Shown: positions 1 to 13,979, counted from the first letter of the stretch. The stretch: 64,000 nt of DNA from Eledone cirrhosa (GCA_964016885.1 OZ024766.1:2728001-2792000); one strand, 5' to 3'. Numbers and translations are program-made. The notes: generated by a model from the sequence alone, not told the origin.

Positions 1-3000
1 ACGCTTTAGTCATTTATGATTACGTTTTAGTCATTTTACTCATTTATAATGGTGTTTTAGCCATTAAACTAATTCATGATGCCTTTTTAGCCATTTAAGA
101 TGCCGTTTTAGCACTTTTAGTCACTTATGGTGACGTTTTAATCATTTAAAAATGGTTAAAAGATCATCATAAATGACTAAAACGTCTCCATAAATGACTA
201 AAATGGCTAAAACGGCATCATAAATGGTAAATTGACTCTAAAATGGCTAAAACGCCATTATAGATGAGTAAAATGACTAAAACGTCATCATAACTGACTT
301 AAATGGCTAAAGCAGCATCATAAGTGACTAAAATGACTCTAAAATAGCTACAAAGGAATCATGAATGAGGAAAATGGCTAAAACATCATCATAAATGACT
401 AAAATGGCTAAAACGGCATCATAAATGACGAAAATGACTCTAAAATGGCTACAAAGACGTCATAAATGAGTAAAATGGCTAAAACGTCATCATAAATGAC
501 TATAACGTCATCATAACTGACTAAAATGACTTTAAAATGGCTACAAAGACGTCATAGATTAGTAAAATGGCTAAAACGTCATCATAAATGACTATAACGT
601 CTTCAGAAATGACTAAAACGTCATCATAAATGACTAAAATGGTGAAAACGGCATCTAAAATGGCTAAAACGGTATAATAAATGAGTAAAATGGCTAATAC
701 CTCATCATAAATGACGAAAATATCTAAAACGGCATCATAAATGACTAAAATGACGCTAAAATAGCTACAAAGGCATCATAAATGAATAAAATGGCTAAAA
801 CGGCATCATAAATGACTAAAATTACTCTAAAATGGCTTAAAAGGCATCATAAATGAGTAAAATGGTTAAAACATCATCATAAATGACTAAAACTTCACCA
901 TACATGACTAAAATGGCTAAAACGTCTTCATAAATGACTGAAACGACTCTAAAATGGCTACAAAGACGTCATAAATGAGTAAAATGGCTAAAACAGCATC
1001 GTAAGTGACTAAAATGACTCTAAAATAGCTACAAAGGCATCATAAATGAGTAAAATGGCTAAAACGTCATCATAAATGACTAAAACGTCACCATAAATGA
1101 CTAAAAGTGCTAAAACGGCATCATAAATGGCTAAAATGTCATCATAAATGACTAAAAGGGCTAAAACGTCATCATAAATGACTAAAATGGCTAAAACAGC
1201 ATCATAAATGACTCTAAAATGGCTACAAAGACGTCATAAATGAGTAAAATGGCTAAAACAGCATCATAAGTGACTAAAATAGCTACAAAGGCATCATAAA
1301 TGAGTAAAATGGCTAACACGTCATCATAAATGACTAAAACGTCACCATAAATGACTAAAAGTGCTAAAACCGCATCATAAATGGCTAAAATCTCATCATA
1401 AATGACTAAAAGGGCTAAAACGTCATCATAAATGACTAAAATGGCTAAAACAGCATCATAAATGACTAAAATGACTCTAAAATGGCTACAAAGACGTCAT
1501 AAATGACTAAAATGGTGAAAATGGCATCATAAATGACTACAATGGCTAAAACGCCATAATAAATGAGTAAAATGACTGTAAAATGGCTAAAATGGCATCA
1601 TAAATGGCTCAATTGACTCTAAAATGGCTAAAACGGCATCATAAATGGCTAAAATGACTAAAACTTCTTAATAAATGACTAAAATGACTCTAAAATGGCT
1701 ACAAAGACGTCATAAATGAGTAAAATGGCTAAATCAACCTCGTAAGTGACTAAAATGACTCTAAAATAGCTACAAAGGCATCATAAATGAGTAAAATGGC
1801 TAAAACGTCATCATAAATGACTAAAACGTCACCATAAATGACTAAAAGTGCTAAAACGTCATCATAAATGACTGAAATGGCTAAAACAGCATCGTAAATG
1901 ACTCTAAAATCACTACAAAGACGTCATAAATGACTAAAATGGTGAAAACGGCATCATAAATGAGTAAAAATGACTCTAAAATGGCTAAAACGGCATCATA
2001 AATGGCTCAATTGACTCTAAAATGGCTAAAACGGCATCATAAATGGCTAAAACGTCTTCATAAATGACTAAAATGACTCTAAAATGGCTACAAAGACGTC
2101 ATAAATGAATAAAATGGCTAAAACACCATCATAAATGACTAAAATGACTCTAAAATGGCTACAAAGACGTCATAAATGAGTAAAATGGCTACAACGTCAT
2201 CATAAATGACTATAACGTCTTCATAAATGACTAAAACGTCATCATAAATGAGTAAAATGACTCTAAAATAGCTACAAAGACGTCATAAATGAATAAAAGG
2301 GCTGAAACAGAATAAATAACTAAAATGGCTACAAAGACTTCATAAATAAGTAAAGTGGCTAAAACGTCATCATAAATGACTATAACGTCTTCATAAATGA
2401 CTAAAACGTCATCATGAATGACTAAAATGGCTAAAACAGCATAATAAATGAGTAAAATGACTCTAAAATGGCTAAAACCGCATCATAAATGGCTAAAATG
2501 TCTACAAAAACGTCATAAATGTGTAAAATAGCTAAAACGTCATCATAAATGACTAAAACGTCTTCATAAATGACTAAAACGTCATCATAAATGACTAAAA
2601 TAGCTTGAAAGACATCATAAATGACTCTAAATGGCTACAAAGACGTCGTAAATGAGTAAAATGGCTAAAACGTCATCATAAATGACTATAACGTCTTCAT
2701 AAATGAGTAAAATGGCTACAAAGACGTCATAAATGAGTAAAATGGCTAAAACAGCATCATAAGTGACTAAAATGACTCTAAAATGGCTACAAAGACGTCA
2801 TAAATGACTCTAAAATGGCTTAAAAGGCATCATAAATGAATAAAATGGTTAAAACATCATCATAAATGACTATAACGTCTTCATAAATGACTAAAACGTC
2901 ATCATAAATGACTAAAATGGCTAAAACAGCATAATAAATGAGTAAAATGACTCTAAAATGGCTAAAACCGCATCATAAATGGCTAAAACGTCTTCATAAA

Positions 3001-6000
3001 TGACTAAAATGGCTACAAAGACGTCATAAATGAGTAAAATAGCTAAAACAGCATCATAAATGACTAAAATGTCTACAAAAACGTCATAAATGTGTAAAAT
3101 AGCTAAAACGTCATCATAAATGACTAAAATAGCTTGAAAGACATCATAAATGACTCTAAAATGGCTACAAAGACGTCGTAAATGAGTAAAATGGCTAAAA
3201 CGTCATCATAAATGACTATAACGTCTTTATAAATGAGTAAAATGGCTACAAAGACGTCATAAATGAGTAAAATGGCTAAAACAGCATCATAAGTGACTAA
3301 AATGGCTACAAAGACGTCATAAATGACTCTAAAATGGCTTAAAAGGCATCATAAATGAATAAAATGGTTAAAACATCATCATAAATGACTAAAACGTCTC
3401 CATAAATGACTAAAATGGCATCATAAATGGCTAAATTGACTCTAAAATGGCGAAAAAGGCTTCATGAATGAATACAATGGCTAAAATAGCATCATAAATG
3501 ACTCTAAAATGGCTACAAAGAAGTCATAAATGAGTAAAATGGCTAAAACAGCATCATAAATGACTGAAATTACACTAAAATGGCTACAAAGACGTCATGA
3601 ATGAGTAAAATGGCTAAAACGGAATCATAAATGGCTCAATTGACTCTAAAATGGCTAAAACGGCATCATAAATGAGTAGAATGGCTAAAACCTCATCATA
3701 AATGACGAAAATATCTAAAACGGCATCATAAATTACTAAAATAACTCTAAAATAGCTACAAAGGCATCTTAAATGAGTAAAATGGCTAAAACGGCATCAT
3801 AAATGACTAAAATGACTCTAAAATGGCTTAAAAGACATCATAAATGAGTAAAATGGTTAAAACATCATCATAAATGACTATAACGTCACCATAAATGACT
3901 CAAAGTGCTAAAACGGCATCATAAATGGCTAAAACATCTTCATAAATGACTAAAACGGCATCATAAATGAAGAAAATGGCTAAAACAGCATCATAAGTGT
4001 CTAAAATGGCTATAAAGACGTCATAAATGAGTAAAATGGCTAAAACGTCATCATAAATGACTATAACGACTTCATAAATGACTAAAACGTCATCATAAAT
4101 GACTAAAATGTTGAAAACGGCATCATAAATGAACAAATGACTCTAAAATGGCTAAAACGGCATAATAAATGAGTAAAATGACTCTAAAATGGCTAAAACG
4201 GCATCATAAATGGCTCAATTGACTCTATAAAGGCATCATAAATGAGTAAAATGTAATCAGAAATGATTAAAACGTCATCATAAATGACTAAAACGGCATC
4301 ATAAATGAGTAAAATGCTAAAACGTAATCAGAAATGACAAAAACGTCATCATAAATGACTAAAACAGCATCATAAATGATTAAAATGACTAAAATGGCAT
4401 CATAAATGAATAAAATTGCTAAAACGTCATCATAAATGACTTAAACGGCATCATAAATGACTAAAATGACTCTAAAAAGGTATCATAAACGAGTAAAATC
4501 TCTAAAACGTCATCATAAATGACTAAAACATCATCATAAATGACTAAAACGTCATCATAAATGACTAAAACAGCATCATATATGGCTAAAACGTCATCAT
4601 AAATGACTAAAACGGCACCATAAATGAGTAAAATTGCTAAAACGTCATCATAAATGACTTAAATGGCTAAAACGGCATCATAAATGACTAAAATGACTAA
4701 AAAGGTATCATAAACGAGTAAAATCTCTAAAACGTCATCATAAATGACTAAAACATCATCATAAATGAGTAAAATGGCTAAAACGTCATCATAAATGACT
4801 AAAATGGCTAACACGGCATCATAAATGGCTAAATTGACTTTGAAATGGCTAAAACGGCATCATAAACATAAAGTGGCTAAAACGGCATCATGAATGACTA
4901 AAATGACATCATAAATTCCTAAAACGTGATCATAAATGTCTAAAACGTCATCATAAATGACTAAAACGTCATCATAAATTACTAAAACGTCATTATAATA
5001 AAAGACGAAAATGGCTAAAATAGCATCATAAATGGCTAAATTGACTTTAAAATAGCTAAAACGGCAACATAAATGATTAAAATGAATAAATTGCTAACAC
5101 GGCATCACGAATGACTAAAATTCCTAAAACGTCATCATAAATGTATAAAACGGCTTCATAAATGACTAAAATGACATCATAAATGACTAACATGGCTAAA
5201 ACGTCATGATAAAAGACTAAAGTGGCATCATAAATGACTAAAACGGCTTTATAAATGACTAAAATGGCTTCATAAATGACTAAAATGGCATCATAAATTA
5301 CTAAAGCGGCTTCATAAATGACTAAAACGTCATCATAAATGACTAAACTGGATAAAACGGCATCATAAGTGACTACAATGTCTAAAACGGCATCATAAAT
5401 GGCTAAAACGCCATCATAAATGACGAATATGGATAAAACGGCTTCATAAATGGCTAAAACGTCATCATAAATGTCTAAAACGTCATCATAAATGACTAAA
5501 ACGTCATAATAAAAGACTAAAACGGCTTCATAAATGACGAAAATGGCTAACACGGCATCATAAGTGACTACAATGTCTAAGACGGCATCATAAATGACAA
5601 AAGTGGATAAAACGGCTTCACAAATGACTAAAACGGCATCATAAATAGCTAAAATTCCTATAACATCATCATAAATGACTAAAATGGCATCATAAATGAC
5701 TAAAACGGCTTTATAAATGACTAAACTGGATAAAACGGCATCAAAAGTGACTACAATGTCTAAAACGGCATCATAAATGGCTAAAACGTCATCAGAAATG
5801 ACGAATATGGATAAAACGGCTTCATAACTGACTAAAATGGCATCATAAATGGATTAATTGACTTTAAAATGGCTAAAACGTCATCATAAATGTCTAAAAC
5901 ATCATCATAAATGACTAAAACGTCATAATAAAAGACTAAAAAGGCATCCTAAATGACTAAAACGGCATCATATGTGACTACAATGTCTAAAATGGGATCA

Positions 6001-7096
6001 TAAATGACGAAAGTGGATAAAACGGCTTCACAAATGACTAAAATGGCTAAAACGGCAACATAAATGATTAAAATGAATAAATTGCTAACACGGCATCACG
6101 AATTACTAAAATTCCTATAACATCATCATAAATGTATAAAACGGCTTCATAAATGACTAAAACGTCATGATAAAAGACTAAAGTGGCATCATAAATGACT
6201 AAAATTGCTAAAACGTCATCATAAATGACTAAACTGGATAAAACGGCATGAAAAGTGACTACGTCTAAAACGGCATCATACATGACGAATATGGCTAAAA
6301 CGGCTTCATAACTGACTAAAACGTCATCATAAATGTCTAAAACGTCATCATAAATGACTAAAACGTCATAATAAAAGACTAAAAATGACTAAAACGGCTT
6401 CATAAATGACTAAAATGGCTAAAACGGCATCATAAGTGATTACAATGTCTAAAACGGCATCATAAATGACGAAAGTGGATAAAACGGCTTCACAAATGAA
6501 TAAAATGGCTAAAACGGCATCATAAATGATTAAAATGAATAAATTGCTAACACAGCATCACGAATGACTAAAATTCCTATAACATCATCATAAATGTCAA
6601 AAACGTCATCATAAATGACTACAATGTCTAAGACGTCATTATAAATGACTAAAACGTCATCGTAAATGACTAAAATGGCATCATAAATGACTAAAATAGC
6701 ATCATAAATGACTAAAACGGCTTCATAAATGACTAAAATGGCGTCATAAATGTTTTTGTAATTTATGATGCCGTTTTAGCTCTTATACAGTCATTTTCGT
6801 CTTTTATGATGAAGTTTTCGCCATTTTAGTCATTCATGATGCAGTTTTAGCCATTTCAGAGTCATTTTATTTATTTATCATGTTGTTGTAGCCATTTAAG
6901 AGTCATTTTAGTCATTTCTGATGCCATTTTAACCATCTTAGAGTCAATTTAGTCATTTATGACGCCGTTTTAGCCATTGTAGTCATTTATGATTCTGTTT
7001 TAGCCATTTTAGTAATTGATGATGCCGTTCCATATTAGAGTCATTTTAGTCATTTATGATGCCGTTTTAGCCATTTTAGAGTCATTTTAGTAATTT
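1..7096. repeat. Modular satellite: ~21-bp core AAAACGTCATCATAAATGACT plus 9-11 bp add-on modules (AAAATGGCT, AAAATGACTCT)
   Basis: Hundreds of diverged copies. Orientation is reversed at 1-~147 and ~6753-7096 relative to the main block. Continues past the window start. Confidence 0.97.
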
Positions 7097-7415
7097 ACCT
7101 TGTCATGGCACCAACGTGATCACTTTACAGGGTTGACTCAGAGCTTCAGTCATTTCAGCAGCATTGTGGGAGTCTGTTTATCTTTCCATGTTTGTATACA
7201 CTGGTTGGTCTCGGGAGGTGTTTCAGAATTGTAAAGTGTGGTTGCATGTCTGTTGGGTTGGGTACTTAGCTGGTGAAGGGTGGAGTGTTAAGATATGGGA
7301 GGTGTATGGAAGTGGGTGGTCCATACTAGTAAGCTCTAGATATTGCTTCCTCTAATGCACATGGAAAGGCAGGTCTTCTGAAGTATAGCATAATGCCAGA
7401 GATCTCAATCCTATC

Positions 7416-7558
7416 TGATACACATCACACATCCATACCACTACAATCTCTTCTCCTGTACATTGCATCTGACCACTCATATGTCCAGTTTCTCTCTCAG
7501 TTCAATTACACTTTGCCATTCATACATAATACTATTACACATCCATCAGAGCAAGTTG
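7416..7558 (-). mobile_element. RTE-type non-LTR retrotransposon RT C-terminal fragment (also ~17333-17475, 24937-25079, 32191-32333, 41620-41762, 51335-51477, 61056-61198)
   Basis: Manual minus-strand translation of the 17.4 kb copy, LRWMCNSIMYEWQSVIELREKLDI*VVRCNVQEKRL*WYGCVMCM, resembles the RTE motif MLRWMCG...RL.WYGHV.R and contains stops. Confidence 0.75.
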
Positions 7559-7719
7559 AAATGACTGACTTGACAAATACCTCAAATATAAATCTTTTAT
7601 TGACAAAACAGGGATTGAAATTTAAGACATTAATACAATTTATAGAATGATTTATGAAAAACAAATAAATGATTTCAAAAAGAAACAAATCAATACAAAG
7701 AGAAAAAGATACACATACA

Positions 7720-8030
7720 CCTTCAATTATACACTACAGGGAATGTGGGTGTTGCACTCTAAATATTTCTTGAGGCCAGTTACAGCATTATGTCAGGGAA
7801 TGAGGGTCCCTCAATTACAACAGGAAATGTGGGTGTTGCCCTCTAAATATTTCTTGAGGTCAGTTTATAGCATTAAGTCCTGCGATAGAGGGTCCCTCAA
7901 TTACACACTACATCAGGGAATGTGGGTGTTGTCCTATAAATATTTCCTGAGGCCAGTTACAGCATTATGTCATGGAATAGAGGGTCTCTTAATTACGCAC
8001 TACAACAAGGAATGTGGGTGTTGCCCTTTA
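7720..8030. repeat. Short array of the 92-bp repeat (other short arrays at ~17650-17780, 25255-25385, 32510-32640, 41935-42190, 51650-51905, 61372-61625)
   Basis: Recurring GGGAATGTGGGTGTTGCCCTCTAAATATTTCTTGAGGCCAGTTACAGC. Confidence 0.9.
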
Positions 8031-8189
8031 ATCCCATTTAAAAATGGAAAGCGATATTCAGAAGCTGTAGAAATACTAAGCGATTCCTTGTGATGTTAGT
8101 TGACAATAAGTTTATATTTGTAAGATGAAGGGCATGTCACATTGCCAAGGTAAAAGGTTTGTGTTTGTTTTTCTCTGTTTAAGTTACTG

Positions 8190-8505
8190 ATATAGTTTTT
8201 CACCAGTGTCATCTTTTGTGCTTAGTTAAAGATAAGTTACTGACAAAACATTTCTCACATATTTCACAATGGTAATATTTCTCTCCAGTGTGGTCTTTTG
8301 TGTTTATTCAAATTACTGTTACTGCCAAAATATTCCCCACAATGTTAAACAATGGTAACATTTCTCTCCAGTGTGGTCTTTTGTGTTTATTCAAATTACT
8401 GTTACTGCCAAAATATTCCCCACATGTTACACGATGGTAATATTTCTCTCCAGTGTGGTCTTTTGTGTTTATTCAAATTAGTGTTCTTCCAAAATATTCC
8501 TTGTT
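8190..8505 (-). pseudogene. Degenerate C2H2 zinc-finger relic, 82-bp units (~3)
   Basis: Reverse complement contains CACACTGGAGAGAAA (HTGEK) and TGT..ACATGTGGGGAATATTTT (C..CGEYF) with an ~82-bp period. Confidence 0.8.
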
Positions 8506-9867
8506 ATACAACTTGTTACTTTGATAATTCTAACCCACTCTCAATGTATGGCTTTTAAACACACATACCCACTTTTCATTTTCATATTCCACAATGCTTC
8601 AAACTACCACACCACATATGTCTGTCCTGTGTGACCCCTATTTTGAATTCATGCAGGATTTTTAAACTATCATATAATAGATATCACACCGCCTGGTCTG
8701 ACATACTCTATTCTCCCTTCTCACCTTTTCTACACCTCAGTGACATTAATCTTTGTCTGTACATGGTACTAGTCTATATTATTCTCTTGTTTTACTATTT
8801 CTCTCCTATCTATATTTTATTCCCCTTTGACTAGGCCATCACACAGTTCTCTCCCTTCTTTGTCAGTTGACACACTTACTATGCCTTTTCTACTATATCT
8901 GTGTAATTCACCTAAAGGTATAACTTGCTCTACCTGTTTTGTTAAATCCTAATGTGCTGTGGAATGTACGGTTTCAACCTTAATGAACCGAAACCTTAGT
9001 GATTTCCATAGGTTAGCTGATGAGATGGGACTGTGTCTTTCTTTTGTTTATTCCATTGTCTTTGTCAGGTGCACATCTTATTTTGAAAAATATATATATA
9101 TATAAATGTATGTGTGTGTAAAATTAAAAACCATACGTGGGTGAGAACACAGAGGTGACAAACACAAGGACAAATCCCGCTCATCAGCTGTCTTCTGTGG
9201 ATCACTATAGTTTCGAATGCATTAAAGACAGGACAATTCACCATATATATTTGTATATATGTGTGGATGTATATCTATTGATACACTAATTGTATTTCTG
9301 ATATATACACAGCCAATGTGTGTGTGTGAGGGGGAATTAGTTGAGTAGGTTTATAGAATGATTATGATAAGGTAGGGAAATAGTTGTTGGTGGACAGGAA
9401 ATGGAAGACAGCCTTCCAGAGAAAGGTGGAGGAGTTGTTCAGAGATGTGATAGAACAACCTGCTTTCACTATAGTTAAGTATACAAAAAGTTTCAAATAT
9501 TACTGGGGATTAAGAGTTGAGAGAAAAGCAAGATTTAAATAGAAGAATTTTAATTAAATTATGACTAATTAAAGACATAATTATAAAAATAATTATTAAT
9601 TCTTTAAACTTTCTGGCATTTAATAAGTGAGGGAAGTATATCTCTAGTATATTTTCTTCCTGCAAGAAATTTGTTAGATACAACATACATAAGTTCCCTG
9701 AAAAAAATCTTGTATTAAAAATACGACAATATTAAATTATCTCACCAATGTAAGATATAGTTATAGAGTTTGATGGTTGTTATTACAGTGTAATATCTTC
9801 TTTCATATGTAGATATATTTATGGTTAAAAAGACAATAGTTTCATACAAAGATTTTTGACACTGATA

Positions 9868-11154
9868 CTATTTCACTTCTGTATGAACAGATACATGTCT
9901 AGTTAATTTACTTTTTTGAGAGAATGATTCACCACAGATATCACAGTGATGAGGTTTCTCTCCTGTATGAAGACGTATGTGTTGAGTTAAGTGACCTAAC
10001 TGACAGAATGATTTACCACAGATATCACAGCGATGAGGTTTCTCTCCTGTATGAATGTACATGTGCCTAGTTAAGCTACTTGAATGTAGAAATGATTTAC
10101 CACATATAACACAGTGATGTGGTTTCTCTCCTGTATGAATATGCTTGTGTTTGGTTAACTCACTTATAGACAAGAATGATTTACCACAGATATCACACTG
10201 ATGAGGTTTCTCTCCTGTATGACTATATTTGTGTCTACTTAAGCCACCGAGCTGTGAAAATGATTTACCACATATAACACAGTGATGCGGTTTCTCACCT
10301 GTATGAATACGATTGTGTTTGGTTACGTCACTTTTACAAGAGAATGATTTACCACAGATATCACACTGATGAGGTTTATCTCCTGTATGAATACGCTTGT
10401 GTTTGGTTACGTAACTTGTACAAGAGAATGATTTACCACAGATATCACAGTGGTGAGGATTATCTCCTGTATGGATATATTTGTGTATTGTTAAAGTACC
10501 TACCCGAGAGAATGATTTACCACAGATGTCACACTGATGAGGTTTCTCTCCTGTATGAATATATTTGTGTATTGTTAAAGTACCTAACCGAGAGAATGAT
10601 TTACCACAGATATCACACTGATGAGGTTTCTCTCCTGTATGTATATATATGTGTCTAGTTAAGTGACTTGAATTAGAAAATGATTTACCACAGATTTCAC
10701 AGTGATGAGGTTTCTCTCCTGTATGACTACGTTTGTGTCTAGCTAAATCACTTGTATGAGAGAATGATTTACCACAGATATCACAGTGATAAGGTTTCTC
10801 TCCTGTATGACTACGCTTGTGTTTGGTTACGTCACTTGTACGAGAGAATGATTTACCACAGATATCACAGTGATGAGGTTTCTCTCCTGTATGAATATAT
10901 TTGTGCATTGTTAAATGACCTAACTGAGAGAATGATTTATCACAGATATCACAGGGATAAGGCTTCTCTCCTGTATGACTACGTTTGTGTCTAGTTACAC
11001 CACTTATACAGGAGAATGATTTACCACAGATATCACAGTGATGAGGTTTCTCTCCTGTATGACTACGCTTGTGTTTGGTTATGTCACTTGTACGAGAGAA
11101 TGATTTACCACAGATATCACAGCAGTATGATGATTTTCCTTCCTCTTCTGACAT
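9868..11154 (-). CDS. C2H2 zinc-finger protein, paralog 1: 428 aa, 15 fingers
   Basis: CxxC-x12-HxxxH repeats with TGEKP linkers. The ORF-track start at 11175 is TTG; the first ATG is at 11154 (MSEEEGK). Confidence 0.95.
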   Translation of the reverse strand: MSEEEGKSSYCCDICGKSFSRTSDITKHKRSHTGEKPHHCDICGKSFSCISGVTRHKRSHTGEKPYPCDICDKSFSQLGHLTMHKYIHTGEKPHHCDICGKSFSRTSDVTKHKRSHTGEKPYHCDICGKSFSHTSDLARHKRSHTGEKPHHCEICGKSFSNSSHLTRHIYIHTGEKPHQCDICGKSFSRLGTLTIHKYIHTGEKPHQCDICGKSFSRVGTLTIHKYIHTGDNPHHCDICGKSFSCTSYVTKHKRIHTGDKPHQCDICGKSFSCKSDVTKHNRIHTGEKPHHCVICGKSFSQLGGLSRHKYSHTGEKPHQCDICGKSFLSISELTKHKHIHTGEKPHHCVICGKSFLHSSSLTRHMYIHTGEKPHRCDICGKSFCQLGHLTQHIRLHTGEKPHHCDICGESFSQKSKLTRHVSVHTEVK

Positions 11155-11559
11155 CTCTTCAGGAAAAAATATCAATCTTTTAAGTGTCTTCCTAGAATTT
11201 TTTCTCTCAACACAATATATTGATATTTTTGCTTGGTTTTGTTTTTACAGTTTATTCCCAACAAATATTTCCTCTGTTAAAACTCCATCAGCTCTGCTCT
11301 TTGTTGATATCTGAATATGATGCAAATTCCTTTGTAAATTTTTGCAACTTTACTAAGAATGCAGAATCTTCTTGTACATTTTCCAGATAGGAAGAAGAAA
11401 AATCTTTCCATCAACCTCAGTTTAGAAGAAATATTTCACTGTAATTCACCAAATGTTGAATGTTAAAAAGACTTACATGAATACTGTGTAAAATCTTGTG
11501 TTAGTCTTTTAAACAATGATATTGATGTTGTATCTGAAGTTAAAATTTCTCTTCTGTCA

Positions 11560-11600
11560 ATGTCATGTGATATTCTGAAATAACAGAGAAACAAAATAAG
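11560..11600 (-). other. Putative splice acceptor of the finger exon (exon begins ~11574); same site ~420 nt upstream of the ATG in all complete paralogs
   Basis: Minus strand reads CTTATTTTGTTTCTCTGTTATTTCAG|AATATC: pyrimidine tract plus TTTCAG. Confidence 0.7.
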
Positions 11601-11869
11601 ATATAGAGGAGAGGATATTAAAATGTTGTGATTCAACAATGGAAATTTTACCTTTCTTTAATGATAAATAGTCAACATCATCATCGTTTAACATCCATCT
11701 TCCACACTCGTGTAAAATATATATAATAAAAATAAAAATGATTGTGTACAGTGCTCAGGTGCACTACAACTGATATAATTATGTACAAATGTCAGGAAAA
11801 TTAACAGTGTACGAGTCCTGATAAACACACACACACATGTGTGTGTGTGTATGGACGGGGAATATCAGG

Positions 11870-12357
11870 TGCAAGTGATGGAAAATTTGGGGAAGCATGG
11901 AAGTTTTGAAGGATGCATCAGTGATTCGGGTAATGACTTCAGGAAAGTCTATGAGTTGAGCACAGTCGCTGGAGTTAGGGGTAAATCCAAATTGTGTGGG
12001 TCGGAGTTCCAGAGTGTCATGAGATGGTTTTCTCAAAGCTGTATACCAGCCATCTCTATGGGTGGGTCTGTCTGTGTGTCTGTGGGACTGCCTCTGTCTG
12101 TCTCTCTATGTGTGTATGACTATCTGTCTGTGTGTGTGTATTTGTACGTGTGTCTCTGTCAGTCAGTATTTGTGTGTGTTTGTGTGACTACGTCTGTTTC
12201 TCAGTATGTGTGTGTCTGTATGTCTGTCTCTATGTAACTGTGTATGTCCAGGCCTCCCTCAGTTTGGTGATGCAGCTAGTTAGATTGACTGGACAGTAGT
12301 TGACAGGTGACATGAGATCAACCTTTTGGAACAAAGGAATGACACTGGCAGTTCTCC
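11870..12357 (-). mobile_element. Interrupted non-LTR retrotransposon RT fragment
   Basis: RPTQFGFTPNSSDCAQLIDFPEVITRITDA; homologous to 22130-22740 but broken by a TG/TC-rich segment at ~12004-12255. Confidence 0.75.
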
Positions 12358-12765
12358 ACATTTGTCCAGCAAGATTGAAATGTTGGGAAGGGCTCCCACC
12401 AGCTTCTCAGAGTTTACCCAACCATTTTTCTTTCAGCGTGTCATTAACGAATCTCACCTCCCAACAAGTAGGAAATGACTAGATTTATAGAAAAACTAGG
12501 GTGAAAGGGAGTGAAAAGACGATCGGAGGTTCACAGATCTACACCCACCTCGCCTTTCGTGGGGAAAAATTAAGTCTTTTTATCTTGTGCTGTCAACTAA
12601 TCTGACCCCCAAGGTGCTCCCAATCATCTTTTTCTCCCGGATTAGGGTTTCTGTTCTCCAGATAGAAATCGATTGCCAGAATCTTGGAAGTTAGATTAGT
12701 TGATAGCACACGAAATAACCGAGGAAAGAAATTATTTTCCCACTGAAATGGAGGGGTGTGTTGTA
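12358..12765. mobile_element. Left-truncated copy of the ~500-bp TIR element
   Basis: Matches the right part of 23180-23683. Confidence 0.65.
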
Positions 12766-12979
12766 TAAATTGACCTAAACTACACATTATAATACAAGGT
12801 AGTGAATAACATGATTAAATAGACGGAGGTAATTTAAATAATAAAGACACTCATAATAACAATCTATTTTATATCACATGTAACAGTAGAATCTAGCTGT
12901 TGTAAAATAAGACAACATTTCAGTCTAGAAATATTTTCCTGTATATTTAATTTAAATAAATAGATTTGTTTAAATTCTG

Positions 12980-13047
12980 TATGAGGTGGTCGAAGTAATT
13001 TAGTCTGTAGATTGTAAATCTATTTATAAGTAGTAACTTTTTCATGG
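12980..13047 (+). pseudogene. trnY: NUMT: mitochondrial-type tRNA-Tyr(GTA) copy
   Basis: Acceptor TATGAGG/TTTCATG (with G:T pairs), anticodon arm GTAGA-TTGTAAA-TCTAT, short T arm AAG-TAGTAA-CTT. Confidence 0.85.
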
Positions 13048-13059
13048 TTTTATAATTTA

Positions 13060-13979
13060 CTAGCAGTGGTACCCGGCGTTGCACGGGATAAGGTATTTTG
13101 GAACGTGGGCCGCCAACAAACCTTATCGTGGAAAAACTGCATGCCTGGACAATATGTAAAGAAAATAAACCGAATACTCTGATGGCTGGATAATCTTTAA
13201 GATTTTCCTCGATGAAGCAGGAAAAATGCAGGTTTTCACCTAATGCGGGCCCTAGGGGATCAAGAAAATTAATTTTTTTTATGTGCATATGCCTTGAAAT
13301 TTCGGGAAAATCGGCTAGACGTAACGCCTCCAAAAAGCCCTAAGAAGCTGAAAAAATGAAGGTTTTTGCCTAATGCGAGCCCTAGGCCATAAGAAAGTTG
13401 GATTTTCTTTGCTTACGGTATGAAGAAGAGGCTGACTAATACATGGTTACAATTTCAAGGAAATCGGTCTGATGCAACGCCTCAAATAAACCTTAAAAAT
13501 CTTAAAAACGCAGTTTTTCACCTAATGTAGGCCCTAGGAGATAAAAAAATGTTGAATTTTTTTTATGTGCCTAACACTCCCTGAAACATAAGTAATACAC
13601 ATGTAAAGTTTGAAAAAAGTCCGTTGGGTACTTCTTGAGTTTTAGGGATTCAAACTCACAGACACACACACACACATCCTCAGGGAAATGACGTAATGCA
13701 GACAGCCAGACATACAGACAGATATTATAAGAGCGCGACGTTATATCTATGTATCTATCTAAAAAGAGAAAGACTAAGAATTATAGAGCTAGATTGCTAA
13801 ATCGTCTAATGTGGTCCCTAGGGCATAGAAAATTTGACATTTTTTTTTTGCTCAGAAGACTCCCTGAAACATAAGTATTACATGTGTAAAGTTTGAAAAC
13901 TGTCGGTTGGGTGGTTCTCGAGTTTTAGGGATTCAAACTCACACACACACACAGACATCCTCAGTTTTATATATATAGA
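13060..13979 (-). mobile_element. Non-autonomous Helitron
   Basis: Minus strand starts TCTATATATATAAAAC and ends CCCGTGCAACGCCGGG (hairpin)...CTGCTAG followed by T: canonical TC...hairpin-CTAG termini. Confidence 0.85.

Noticed and set aside
3900-6283. Hydrophobic ORFs with (D/E)AVLVIY heptads (3900-4136, 5077-5553, 6068-6283)
   Set aside because: Chance open frames of the 21-bp satellite; frames break constantly and no gene context is visible.
11155-11175. MIFFPEE N-terminal extension in the ORF track
   Set aside because: Begins at TTG, which is TTC in paralog 3; the first ATG is MSEEEGK.
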